The translations under genes were made by a program, and so were the position numbers. A stretch of DNA of 64,000 nt from an uncultured Clostridia bacterium (GTDB lineage: Bacteria > Bacillota > Clostridia > TANB77 > CAG-508), in the NCBI GenBank assembly GCA_934168355.1, contig CAKPNI010000003.1, positions 15,081 through 79,080 on the forward strand. The letters are read 5' to 3'. Positions 1 to 10,204 of the stretch are shown piece by piece. The first letter of the stretch is position 1. Each line of letters opens with the position of its first letter. The notes under the pieces were generated by a model. That model was given only the letters and a program-made list of their open reading frames with translations. It had not been told where the DNA came from and did not search any database.

Positions 1-3000
1 ATTGGAAATAACAATATAGAAAAATGCATAGAAAATATAAGAAAACAAAGCTATATAAATGATATTGAGATAATAGTGTTATATAACGAAAATAAAGAAG
101 AACAAATTGAAAATATAAGGTCTAAATATGAAAAAATACAATTTCTATCTTATAAACAAAATATGTTTAAGGCTATTAAACAAAATGAAAATATTATAGA
201 AGGAAAATATGTATCTATATTAAATAGTGAAGATGATATAACAATAGATTTTTATAGAACTATGGCATTTAAAGCTGTAAAAAATAATGCTGATATGGTT
301 ATAAGTAATGCTATATTAAAATATAAAGATGGCGGAAAAGCATATTTAAACTTAAGTGAAGCATCATTAAAAGAATTAAATGGCAAGGAAAATTTAAAAG
401 AATACTTAAATTTATCAACGGTCTCATTTTTATGGAATATTTTTGGAAATAAAATATTCACAAAAGAATTATTTATTCATACAGTAGATAATGTATGTGA
501 AAAAGAAGAAAATGTGCAAAATTTTTACTTTTTTACGGTAATGCTTTATTATAGCAAAAAAGTAAATATTGTCAAAAACGAAGTATTATTTTACTCTTTT
601 GAGGAAAACAATTTTGAATCTGCAAGAAGTATTTTAAGCAATAAAGAAATAAAAGAAGAAAATTTATATGAAAATACAAAGAAAAATTTTGAATATATTG
701 ATGAATTTTTAAAAAATAATAATATAGATAGTAAAATAGAAAATTTAAAGGAAATATATTTAAAGAAAGATACTAATTTAAAAAAAGATATTTTGTTAAA
801 CAATAAAACAGCTTGGAATGATAACCTAGAAAAGTTAAAAAAAGAAATAATATCTGATAATACTCAAATAGTAAGTTTTGATATTTTTGATACCTTAATA
901 TTAAGACCATTTTGGAATCCTATAGATTTATTTTCATTTATGGATGAGTATTTTAAAGATATTACAAAAATGAAAACAGGGATGGATTTCTCAAAATTAA
1001 GAGTCGAAGCAGAAAAAGTAGCGAGAAAAAGGTATTGTACCAAAAAAGAAATACAAGATATAACACTTGATGAAATTTATGAAGAATTAAGAAATGAAAC
1101 AAAACTAGATGAAAAAATTATAGAATTATTAAAGACAAAAGAACAAGAATTAGAGGTTAAGTATTGCACAAAAAGAAATGTTGCTATGGAAATATATGAG
1201 CTAGCAAAATACTTAAATAAAGAAGTAATTTGTATCTCAGATATGTATTTGCCAATTGAAACCATAAGGAAAATAATAGAAAAAAATGGATATATAATTG
1301 AAAAAATATATTTATCTTCACAAATAAAACTTACAAAGTTTACAGGAGATTTATATAAATATGTATTAAAAGACTTAAATGTACAACCTGAAAAAATAGT
1401 GCATGTGGGAGATAATTATTATTCAGATTATGAACAGGCAAAAAAACAAGAAATAAATGCGATGTTCCTACCAAAAACAATAGATGTATTTTGTAATGAA
1501 AATATAACAAATGCTTTATCTCAGTTGTATAGGAAAAATATGTCTGTATGGGAAAGCAATTCAAATGGATTAAATTTTATGGGTATACGTTCAATGCTTG
1601 CAATGGTTGCAAATAAATATTTTGACAACCCATATAGAACTTTTAACAATGAAACAGACTTTAATGGTGACCCAAATTTGATTGGATATTATGCATTAGG
1701 AATGCATTTATATGGAATTACAGATTGGCTTTTAAAGGATTCTATTAAAGAAAATTATGATAAAATTGTATTTATGGCAAGAGATGGATATTGGGTAATG
1801 AAAGCATATGAAATATTAAAAAACAATTACAAAAATGCACCAGAAAAATTTTATTTATATATATCAAGACGTGCGACAATACCAATAACATTAAATAATA
1901 GGTTGGATTTTTTCAAATTATCAGAATTAATAGATATATATAAATATACCCCTATTACAATATTAAAATATATAAAAAATATTTTGCATAATACAGAAGA
2001 AATAAATGAAGAATGCGAAAAGATAGGGCTTAATGTAAACCAAAAGTTTGAAAGCAAAAGTGAATTTAACAATTATATGAACTTAATAATAGAAAAATTT
2101 TATGATGAAAATAAACATAAAACAATAGTTGAAAATTTAAAGAAATATTTCTTAAATGCATTTGATAAAAAATCGTGTGCATTTGATATAGGATATAGTG
2201 CAAAACCAGAATTATACTTATCTAAAATATGTGAAAAACCAATAGACACATATTTCATAAATATTAGCAATGAGGAAGCATTAAAAAATGCAAAAATTGG
2301 AAAGTTTAAATTGAAAGCATACTTTGATTATAGACCTACAATTACAGGTGTAGTTAGAGAATCCTTAATGTCAACAGCAGATGCCTCATGTATAAGGTAT
2401 GACTTTGATGGTAGTGGAAATGTTATTCCAATATTTGATGAAAAAGAAGAAAATTATCAAAAAAGGTTTATTTTTGATGCAATGCAAAAAAAGGCAATGA
2501 AATTTATTGAAGATATAACAAAAACATTTAAAGATGATATAGATCAATTATATTATCAAAAATATTATATTTCATTACCTCATGAAATGTATGTAAATTC
2601 AGCCAAAAAAATTGACCAAGATGTTTTCTATGGAATAGATTTTGAAGATGCAGTAGGTCTTGGAGAAAATATTACAGCAATAAATGAGTGGAACTCTGAA
2701 TTAGAAAAAAATAATCAAAAAAGAACTACAGAATTGTTTGATACTGATCGTGCAAAGAACATAAAAGAAAGATGTTTGAAGCTAGAAAAAAAGAATATAG
2801 AATTAGAAAATCAGAATGCGATTTTTAAAGAAGAACAAGAAAAAATGACAAAAGAAAAAGTCCAATGTCAAAATGAAATAAATATGCAAAAACAAAAAAT
2901 AAGAGACTATGAGGAAAAATATGAAGCAAAAAATAATGAACTTGAAAAAGTTTATAATAGTAAGAGATGGCAATTAATGGAAAAGATAGATAATATTTTA

Positions 3001-3015
3001 AAAAGAAAAAAATAG
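1..3015 (+). CDS. Multidomain polysaccharide-biosynthesis protein, 5' partial (glycosyltransferase-like N-terminus, HAD-like core, large unassigned domain, coiled-coil tail)
   Basis: Frame 1 is open from base 1 up to the track ORF start at 76, so the gene begins upstream of the window. HAD motif I VSFDIFDTL is present. By eye about half the residues match 3083..6244 over more than 600 aa. The C-terminal tail is K/E-rich with heptad character. Confidence 0.6.
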   Translation: MGNNNIEKCIENIRKQSYINDIEIIVLYNENKEEQIENIRSKYEKIQFLSYKQNMFKAIKQNENIIEGKYVSILNSEDDITIDFYRTMAFKAVKNNADMVISNAILKYKDGGKAYLNLSEASLKELNGKENLKEYLNLSTVSFLWNIFGNKIFTKELFIHTVDNVCEKEENVQNFYFFTVMLYYSKKVNIVKNEVLFYSFEENNFESARSILSNKEIKEENLYENTKKNFEYIDEFLKNNNIDSKIENLKEIYLKKDTNLKKDILLNNKTAWNDNLEKLKKEIISDNTQIVSFDIFDTLILRPFWNPIDLFSFMDEYFKDITKMKTGMDFSKLRVEAEKVARKRYCTKKEIQDITLDEIYEELRNETKLDEKIIELLKTKEQELEVKYCTKRNVAMEIYELAKYLNKEVICISDMYLPIETIRKIIEKNGYIIEKIYLSSQIKLTKFTGDLYKYVLKDLNVQPEKIVHVGDNYYSDYEQAKKQEINAMFLPKTIDVFCNENITNALSQLYRKNMSVWESNSNGLNFMGIRSMLAMVANKYFDNPYRTFNNETDFNGDPNLIGYYALGMHLYGITDWLLKDSIKENYDKIVFMARDGYWVMKAYEILKNNYKNAPEKFYLYISRRATIPITLNNRLDFFKLSELIDIYKYTPITILKYIKNILHNTEEINEECEKIGLNVNQKFESKSEFNNYMNLIIEKFYDENKHKTIVENLKKYFLNAFDKKSCAFDIGYSAKPELYLSKICEKPIDTYFINISNEEALKNAKIGKFKLKAYFDYRPTITGVVRESLMSTADASCIRYDFDGSGNVIPIFDEKEENYQKRFIFDAMQKKAMKFIEDITKTFKDDIDQLYYQKYYISLPHEMYVNSAKKIDQDVFYGIDFEDAVGLGENITAINEWNSELEKNNQKRTTELFDTDRAKNIKERCLKLEKKNIELENQNAIFKEEQEKMTKEKVQCQNEINMQKQKIRDYEEKYEAKNNELEKVYNSKRWQLMEKIDNILKRKK

Positions 3016-3082
3016 TTTTTCTAAGCTTGACAAGTAGACAAATAAAATATAAGATGTGTGGCAAATAGGAAAGGAGCATAAA

Positions 3083-6000
3083 ATGAAGCAAGAACAGAAG
3101 AAATTATCCATAATTGTACCTGTATATAATGCTGAACAATATATGGAGAAATGTTTAAACAGATTATTAGAACAATCATATTCAAATATAGAAATAATAA
3201 TTGTAAATGATTGCTCACAGGGAAACTGTGAAGAAATAGCAAATAAATATAAAGAAATAGACAAAAGAGTAAAATATATAAAACATGAAAAAAATAGAGG
3301 ATTATTTCAAGCAAGAATTACAGGAACAAGTATTGCAACAGGGGAGTATATTGCATTTTTAGATAGTGATGACTATGTATCAATAGATTATTATAGAACA
3401 TTGATGCAAAACATTGGGGAAAACAATGCTGATATTGCTATGGGAAATATGGTATTAGAATATGATGACGGAAGAAAAGAAACATATAACCTTTTTGATG
3501 CAAAACATCTTAATTTAGTAGGAGAAGATTGTTTAGATGAATATTTTGAACAAGAAGGACTTTCATTTGATTGGCATATAATATGGAATAAAATATACAA
3601 AATGGAAATATGGAAAAAAGCATTAAAACATTATAAAAAAATCACAACACATTTATTAATGACAGAAGATTTTGCTTTTTCAACAGTACTATTTTATTAT
3701 GCAAAAAGACTTACAATGGCACAAAATGATTGTGTATTTTACTGTAAACATGAAACAACATCAACCTCTGTAGATGATTTAAAAATTGGAAAGTTTAATA
3801 AAAATATAACAGATCTTACAACATCATTTGATTTTATAGAAAACTTTTTAAAAGAAGAAAAAATATATAATAAATATAAAATTAAATTTGAAAAATGGAA
3901 ATGTTTATATGCAAACCAACAAAAATCGTATGTAAAAAGATCAAAAATGTCAGATGAGGAAAAAGAAGAAGCTAATAATAAAATTGAAAAATTCTATCCA
4001 AATGCAGAAAAAATAAATAATTCTGAGTATTTTTATAGTGTAGTTACTAATTGGGACGATGGATTAGAAAGAATAAAATTAGCAATATGTGACAAAAACA
4101 TAAAATATGTAAGTTTTGATATATTTGATACACTAATAAAAAGACCTTTCTATGAACCAAAAGATTTATTTATATTACTAAATAAATACTTTAGAGAATA
4201 TACAAATGGTGTATCAGGTATGGACTTTTCTAAAATAAGGGTATATTGCGAAAATTTAGCAAGAGAGCAAATAGAAAATGAAGAATGCCAAGATATAACA
4301 CTTGATGAGATATATAAAACAATTGAAAAACAATATGGTATAGAAAAAGATGTTATCGAAAAATTAAAAAACAAAGAAATAGAATATGAAATTAGATTTT
4401 GCGATAGAAGAAATACAGGGTATGAACTATATTTGTTAGCATTAGCAATGGGCAAAAAAGTAATATTTACATCTGATATGTATTTAAGTAAAGAAGTAAT
4501 ACAAAAAATATTAGAAAAAAATGGATATATAGATAATGAAAAATTATATTTATCATCAGAAATAAAACTTTCAAAAGGAAGAGGAGACTTATTTAAGTAT
4601 GTTTTAAATGACTTACAAATAAATCCTGAAGAAATGATACATATAGGGGATAATTATTGGTCAGATGTAACAAAACCAAAAGAATTAGGAATAAATGCAA
4701 TGCATCTTCCAAAAGCAATAGATGTAGCATTTAATGAAGAAAAGGTAAATTGCTTATCTAAAATGTTTGTACAAAGTATGCCATTTTGGAGAGATAATGT
4801 TGCATCTATGGAGTTTGTTGGAATTAGAACAATGCTTGCTATGGCAATGAACAAATATTTTGATAATCCATATAGGTCTTTTAATAAATCTTCAGACTTT
4901 AATGCAGACCCTTATTTAATAGGTTATTATGTACTTGGAATGTACACATTTGCAATATCAAAATGGTTATTAGATAAAACTGCAAATAAGGGCTATAAAA
5001 ATATGGTATTTATGGCAAGAGACGGATATTTACCAATGGAAGCATATAAAATAATGAAAAAATTCTATAAAGATGCACCAGAAGAAAAATATTTGTATGT
5101 GTCTAGAAAAGCATTAGTGCCAATAACTATAATAAATAAACTTGATTTTTACAAATTACCAGAATGTATAAATGTAACAAATCATACACCTATTGAAATT
5201 TTACAATACCTAAAAGATTGTTTAAAAGAAAATGTAGATATATATGAGGTTTTTAGTAAAAATAATATAGATCCAGATAAAAAGCTTGAAAATATAATGA
5301 ATTTCAACAAATTTATCAAAGTAGTAATTGATAATTTATATGATGAAGCAAAACATCTAAAACAGCTTAATATATTGAGAAAATATTTCGAAACATATTA
5401 TGAGGACAGTTCTGCAACATTTGATGTAGGATATAGTGCAAGACCAGAACTATTTTTATCAACATTATGTCAAAAGCCAATAGATACATTCTTTTTGAAT
5501 ATAAATAAAGATGAAGCATATAGACACAGTGATATGGCAGGATTTAAAGTAGAAACATTTTTCTCTGGTAAACCATCTGCTACAGGATTCACTTATGAAG
5601 CAATGTTATCTGCATTAGCACCATCATGTATAGGATATGATATAAACGGAAATGAAGTTAAACCAGTCTTTGAAAAATATAATAAAACATATCAGGAAGA
5701 ATTTATAATTAGTATTATGCAAAATTCAGCAATTGAATTTGTAAATGACGTTGTAAATACTTTTGGAGAGGAAATAAGTGAATTATATTATGAAAAATAT
5801 TATATATCATTACCTGTTATGGCATATATAAATTCTGCAAAAGATGTAGATAAATCAATATTTGATGCTATTTATTTTGAAGATGATGTACGTATAAAAG
5901 AGCCTGTAAAAATGACTACAGAATGGAATAATGAATTATGGAATAAAAATCAACGTACAATGGGTGAATTAATAAGTAGAGGTGTAATAGTAAATAACAA

Positions 6001-6244
6001 TGTAGAAAATTATGGATATTTAGATTATAATAGAAACCCTGATTTAGAGCATCATAGTAAACCAGTAAGATTTATATATTATATGTTATATGATAGACCA
6101 ACATTTAAAAGAAGAATGAAAGAATCATTTAAGTCACATAAAATATTATTTGGTATAGGAAAAATAATATATAAAGTGTGTGCAAAAATAAAGAATATAA
6201 TATATAATATAATTCGAATGGGAAAAGGAGGAAAAAAAAAGTGA
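3083..6244 (+). CDS. GT2-family glycosyltransferase fused to a HAD-like domain and a large unassigned C-terminal domain
   Basis: ATG 3083 follows AGGAAAGGAG. LSIIVPVYNAEQYMEKCL..IIIVNDCS..FLDSDDY is the classic GT-A/GT2 signature. A second module begins VSFDIFDTLIKRPF (HAD motif I). Paralog of the upstream gene. Confidence 0.7.
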   Translation: MKQEQKKLSIIVPVYNAEQYMEKCLNRLLEQSYSNIEIIIVNDCSQGNCEEIANKYKEIDKRVKYIKHEKNRGLFQARITGTSIATGEYIAFLDSDDYVSIDYYRTLMQNIGENNADIAMGNMVLEYDDGRKETYNLFDAKHLNLVGEDCLDEYFEQEGLSFDWHIIWNKIYKMEIWKKALKHYKKITTHLLMTEDFAFSTVLFYYAKRLTMAQNDCVFYCKHETTSTSVDDLKIGKFNKNITDLTTSFDFIENFLKEEKIYNKYKIKFEKWKCLYANQQKSYVKRSKMSDEEKEEANNKIEKFYPNAEKINNSEYFYSVVTNWDDGLERIKLAICDKNIKYVSFDIFDTLIKRPFYEPKDLFILLNKYFREYTNGVSGMDFSKIRVYCENLAREQIENEECQDITLDEIYKTIEKQYGIEKDVIEKLKNKEIEYEIRFCDRRNTGYELYLLALAMGKKVIFTSDMYLSKEVIQKILEKNGYIDNEKLYLSSEIKLSKGRGDLFKYVLNDLQINPEEMIHIGDNYWSDVTKPKELGINAMHLPKAIDVAFNEEKVNCLSKMFVQSMPFWRDNVASMEFVGIRTMLAMAMNKYFDNPYRSFNKSSDFNADPYLIGYYVLGMYTFAISKWLLDKTANKGYKNMVFMARDGYLPMEAYKIMKKFYKDAPEEKYLYVSRKALVPITIINKLDFYKLPECINVTNHTPIEILQYLKDCLKENVDIYEVFSKNNIDPDKKLENIMNFNKFIKVVIDNLYDEAKHLKQLNILRKYFETYYEDSSATFDVGYSARPELFLSTLCQKPIDTFFLNINKDEAYRHSDMAGFKVETFFSGKPSATGFTYEAMLSALAPSCIGYDINGNEVKPVFEKYNKTYQEEFIISIMQNSAIEFVNDVVNTFGEEISELYYEKYYISLPVMAYINSAKDVDKSIFDAIYFEDDVRIKEPVKMTTEWNNELWNKNQRTMGELISRGVIVNNNVENYGYLDYNRNPDLEHHSKPVRFIYYMLYDRPTFKRRMKESFKSHKILFGIGKIIYKVCAKIKNIIYNIIRMGKGGKKK

Positions 6245-6987
6245 AAGAAAAAGACGGAGAAGAATATGCAATAGAGGTACAAGATGTATACAAGACATTT
6301 AATGTGTATTTAGACAAAGCCAATAGTTTGAAAGAAAAAATGCTATTTTGGAAGAGGAATAAAAAAGAAGTAAGAGAAGTATTAAAAGGAATAAATTTGA
6401 ATATAAAAAAAGGTGAAGCAGTTGCTCTAATTGGGGTAAATGGAAGCGGAAAATCAACATTATTAAAATTAATGACAAAGATAATTTATCCAAATAAGGG
6501 ACAAATTATAACAAATGGAAAATTAACATCATTACTAGAATTAGGAGCAGGTTTCCATCCAGACTTTTCAGGCAGGGAAAATATATATTTTAATGCTTCA
6601 ATATTTGGATTAACAAAAAAGCAAATAGATGACAGGTTACAACAAATAATTGACTTTTCTGAATTAAAAGATTATATAGACAATCCTGTTAGAACATATT
6701 CTTCAGGAATGTATATGAGACTTGCTTTTGCTGTTGCAATAAATGTAGATGCAGATATTTTATTAGTAGATGAAATTTTATCTGTTGGAGACCAACATTT
6801 CCAAGAAAAATGCATAAATAAAATGAAAGAACTAAAAAAAGAAGGAAAAACAATGGTTTTTGTAACACATGGTTTAGAGTCAGCAAAAGAACTATGTGAT
6901 AGAGCTGTATGGATTAACAAAGGTGTTATAAGAATGGATGGAAATACAGATGAAGTAATAAAAAAATATATAGAAGAAACAGCATAA
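6241..6987 (+). CDS. ABC transporter ATP-binding protein, glycopolymer export type (TagH/Wzt-like)
   Basis: Walker A GVNGSGKST, ABC signature YSSGMYMRLAFA, Walker B ILLVDEILSVGD. The GTG start overlaps the upstream stop. Confidence 0.85.
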   Translation: MKEKDGEEYAIEVQDVYKTFNVYLDKANSLKEKMLFWKRNKKEVREVLKGINLNIKKGEAVALIGVNGSGKSTLLKLMTKIIYPNKGQIITNGKLTSLLELGAGFHPDFSGRENIYFNASIFGLTKKQIDDRLQQIIDFSELKDYIDNPVRTYSSGMYMRLAFAVAINVDADILLVDEILSVGDQHFQEKCINKMKELKKEGKTMVFVTHGLESAKELCDRAVWINKGVIRMDGNTDEVIKKYIEETA

Positions 6988-7001
6988 GAAAGGAGAAACA
7001 G

Positions 7002-7775
7002 ATGAAATTTTTTAAAGCATTATATGATTATAGAGAATTATTAAAAACAAGTATAAGTAAAGATGTAAGAGGAAAATATAAAAATTCAGTATTAGGAATA
7101 TTATGGTCATTTTTAAACCCATTACTACAAATTGCAGTATATGCATTAGTATTTCCATTAATTATGAGAAATAGTATTCCAAATTATACAGTGTTTATAT
7201 GTTGTGGGCTAATACCTTGGACTTTTTGTACATCAGCAATTAACAGAACCTCATTTACGATGGTAGAAAATGGAAATATTATAAAAAAGGTGTTTTTTCC
7301 AAGAGAAATACTGCCATTATCTGTAGTAACTAGTGAAGCTATAAACTTTATAATTTCAACACTTATAATTTTAGCATTTGTTATTGCATATGGTATGGGA
7401 ATTAGCAAATTTATAATTTTCTATCCATTGGTATTATTAGTACAATATATACTTTTAATTGGAATTTCTTTTATAGTATCAAGTGTTACAGTATATTTTA
7501 GAGATTTACAACATTTTATAGGAATTGCTTTACAATTACTATTTTATGCAACACCAATAGTATATATACCAGATGCAATACCATTAGAATTTCAATGGAT
7601 AATAAAATATAATCCTATGACTTACATAATAAATGCTTACAGAGATATTTTTTACTATCAACAAATGCCAAGTTTAATGTTTTTGGCAAGAATACTAATA
7701 TTAGGAATAGTAATATGTTTGGTTGGATATTTTATATTTAACAAATTACAAAGAAGATTTGCAGAAGAACTTTAA
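7002..7775 (+). CDS. ABC-2 type transporter permease (TagG/Wzm-like)
   Basis: 257-aa polytopic membrane protein immediately after the ATPase. RBS AAGGAG lies upstream. Confidence 0.8.
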   Translation: MKFFKALYDYRELLKTSISKDVRGKYKNSVLGILWSFLNPLLQIAVYALVFPLIMRNSIPNYTVFICCGLIPWTFCTSAINRTSFTMVENGNIIKKVFFPREILPLSVVTSEAINFIISTLIILAFVIAYGMGISKFIIFYPLVLLVQYILLIGISFIVSSVTVYFRDLQHFIGIALQLLFYATPIVYIPDAIPLEFQWIIKYNPMTYIINAYRDIFYYQQMPSLMFLARILILGIVICLVGYFIFNKLQRRFAEEL

Positions 7776-7792
7776 AATTAGGAGAATAATAA

Positions 7793-10051
7793 ATGAAAGA
7801 ATTTAATTTTAAGTTAGAGCCAGGAAAAAAATTATATAATAACAGAGAGTATGTGGAGAATTTTCCACTTATCTCTGTTATTGTGCCTTTTTATAATAGC
7901 GAAAAATTTATTGAACAAACAATAAAATCAATATTAAATCAAACCTTTCCAAGTTATGAAATTTTAATAATTGATGATGGTTCAACAAATAAAATGGCAT
8001 TAGAAAAATTAGAACAAATAAAAGAATTAGACAAAAGAATAAAAGTATTTCATAAACAAAATGAAGGACTTGCAACCACAAGAGATTATGGAGCAAGCAA
8101 GTCTGATGAGCATGCTAAATATCTTATGTTTATTGATGATGATGATTTAATAGAACCAACATTTTTAGAATGTGGATTTTGGACCTTAGAAACTAATAAA
8201 GATGCTGCTTGGGCATATTCTGATTCAGTGGGATTTAGTTCCCTAGAATATACTTGGAATAAATATTTTAGCTCTGAAAAAATGAAAAAAGAAAATGATT
8301 TGATTTCTGCAGCATTAGTTAGAAAGACAGATTTCTTTTTAGTAAATGGATATAACCTAAAAGAAAAAGCTGTAAATGAAGATTGGAATTTTTGGCTAAA
8401 ATTATTGAGTAAGGAAAAATTTCCTGTACATATAAGTTTTTATGGAGAATGGTATAGAAGAAAAGAAAATGGAGAATTGCAAAGGTCTAGAGAAAACAAA
8501 GAAAGAAGTTTAGAAATAATAAATAATACAGCAAAAGGTGTAACAAAAGAAATAAAAGCAAAGCAATATCCATGTTACAATTATAATTATGAACTTATAG
8601 AAGATAATTTAAAAAATATAGAAATACCTAAAAGAATAAATAAAAAAGATACAATAAATATTTTATTTATAATTCCTTGGATGGTTACAGGTGGAGCTGA
8701 TTTATTTAATTTAAGTTTAGTTAAAGGATTAAATAAAGAAAGATATGAAATAACAATAATATCTACAGAGCCAAATGAAAATGTATTAAGACAAGAGTTT
8801 GAAAACAATGAAAATGTAAGAGTATATGATTTAACATCATTTTTAGATAAAAGATATTGGGTAGCTTTTGTAAATTATATTATCCAAAAGGAAAATATAA
8901 ATTTAATCTTTAATTCTAATAGTAAAACAGGTTATTCTATGTTACCATACCTAAAATCAATGTATCCAGAAATACCGATTCTTGACTATGTACACATGGA
9001 AGAGTGGTATAATAGAAATGGTGGATATTCAAGATATTCTTCAATGTATAATTCTATAATAGACAAAACCATGGTATGTAATGGAAATAGCAAAAATGTT
9101 TTAGAAGAACATTTTAAAAGAAATCCAGATGAAGTTCAAACAGTATATATAGGTGTTGATGAAGAAAAATTTAATCCTGATAGATATAATAAAGAAGAGC
9201 TAGAAAAAAAATATTTAGGTGGTACAACAAATAAAAAAATAATATCATTTATATGTAGAATTTCGGAGCAAAAAAGACCATTACTATTTTTAGAAATTAT
9301 TAAAAAGCTAAAAGAAAAAAGACAAGATTTTAAGGTTTTAGTTGTAGGAGATGGTAATCTTCTTGGCAAAATGAAAGAAAAAGCTAAAAAGATGAATCTT
9401 TTAGAAGATATTATATTTTTGGGAGAAATTAAAAATACAGGGGAAATATACAAAATAAGTAATGTAACTGTAAATTGTTCATTAAAAGAAGGTTTAGCAT
9501 TAACCTCTTATGAATCGCTAAGTATGAATGTACCAATTGTTTCGAGTGATGTTGGAGGACAAAAAGAACTAATTTCAAAAGATGTTGGAGAAATAGTAAA
9601 ATTAATGCAAAATGAAGAAGATGTTTATTTAGAAAAATATAGTCCTGAAGAAATAAATAGTTATGTTAAAGCAATAAACAAGGTTTTAGACAATTTAGAA
9701 ATTTATAAATCAAATTGTAGAAAAAGAATTTGTGAGAATTTTACAATAAATAAGATGATTGAAAAGATGGATAGTATTTTTGAAGAAACTCATAAAAATC
9801 CATCAAAGAAAAAAATAGAAAATGGTTATGGCCTTTCAAACAATAGAGATATCACAAGAGAATTAATTACAGCTAATTTCAAAAGTGATGAAGTAGAATA
9901 TAAATGGGAATGTAGTGAGTATGAAAGAAAAGTATATGGAAAAAATTATTCTGTTTTTGGACTTAATTCAAGAAGAGAGTTACTTAAAGAAAAATTATGG
10001 CAGATACCAGCATGGAGATTACTTATTAAAGTATATCATAAAATAAGATAA
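7793..10051 (+). CDS. Two-domain glycosyltransferase (N-terminal GT2, C-terminal GT4-type)
   Basis: ISVIVPFYNSEKFIEQTIKSILNQT..ILIIDDGS..FIDDDD are GT2 motifs. The C-terminal EGLALTSYESLSMNVPIVSSDVGGQKE resembles the GT4 E-x7-E region. Confidence 0.75.
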   Translation: MKEFNFKLEPGKKLYNNREYVENFPLISVIVPFYNSEKFIEQTIKSILNQTFPSYEILIIDDGSTNKMALEKLEQIKELDKRIKVFHKQNEGLATTRDYGASKSDEHAKYLMFIDDDDLIEPTFLECGFWTLETNKDAAWAYSDSVGFSSLEYTWNKYFSSEKMKKENDLISAALVRKTDFFLVNGYNLKEKAVNEDWNFWLKLLSKEKFPVHISFYGEWYRRKENGELQRSRENKERSLEIINNTAKGVTKEIKAKQYPCYNYNYELIEDNLKNIEIPKRINKKDTINILFIIPWMVTGGADLFNLSLVKGLNKERYEITIISTEPNENVLRQEFENNENVRVYDLTSFLDKRYWVAFVNYIIQKENINLIFNSNSKTGYSMLPYLKSMYPEIPILDYVHMEEWYNRNGGYSRYSSMYNSIIDKTMVCNGNSKNVLEEHFKRNPDEVQTVYIGVDEEKFNPDRYNKEELEKKYLGGTTNKKIISFICRISEQKRPLLFLEIIKKLKEKRQDFKVLVVGDGNLLGKMKEKAKKMNLLEDIIFLGEIKNTGEIYKISNVTVNCSLKEGLALTSYESLSMNVPIVSSDVGGQKELISKDVGEIVKLMQNEEDVYLEKYSPEEINSYVKAINKVLDNLEIYKSNCRKRICENFTINKMIEKMDSIFEETHKNPSKKKIENGYGLSNNRDITRELITANFKSDEVEYKWECSEYERKVYGKNYSVFGLNSRRELLKEKLWQIPAWRLLIKVYHKIR

Positions 10052-10061
10052 TTAAATAATA

Positions 10062-10105
10062 AAAAAATGAGTATGTAAATTAAGTTATATATACTCATTT
10101 TTATT
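10062..10105 (+). terminator. Rho-independent terminator after the glycosyltransferase locus
   Basis: Stem tgagtatgtaa / ttatatactca followed by a T run. Confidence 0.6.
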
Positions 10106-10204
10106 ATATATTAGAATATTTTACAATTGACTTTTATATATGTTTGTGATAGTATTTTAATCGAGATAATTTGACAAAATTCATAAAAATTAGGGGGAAG
10201 AATA

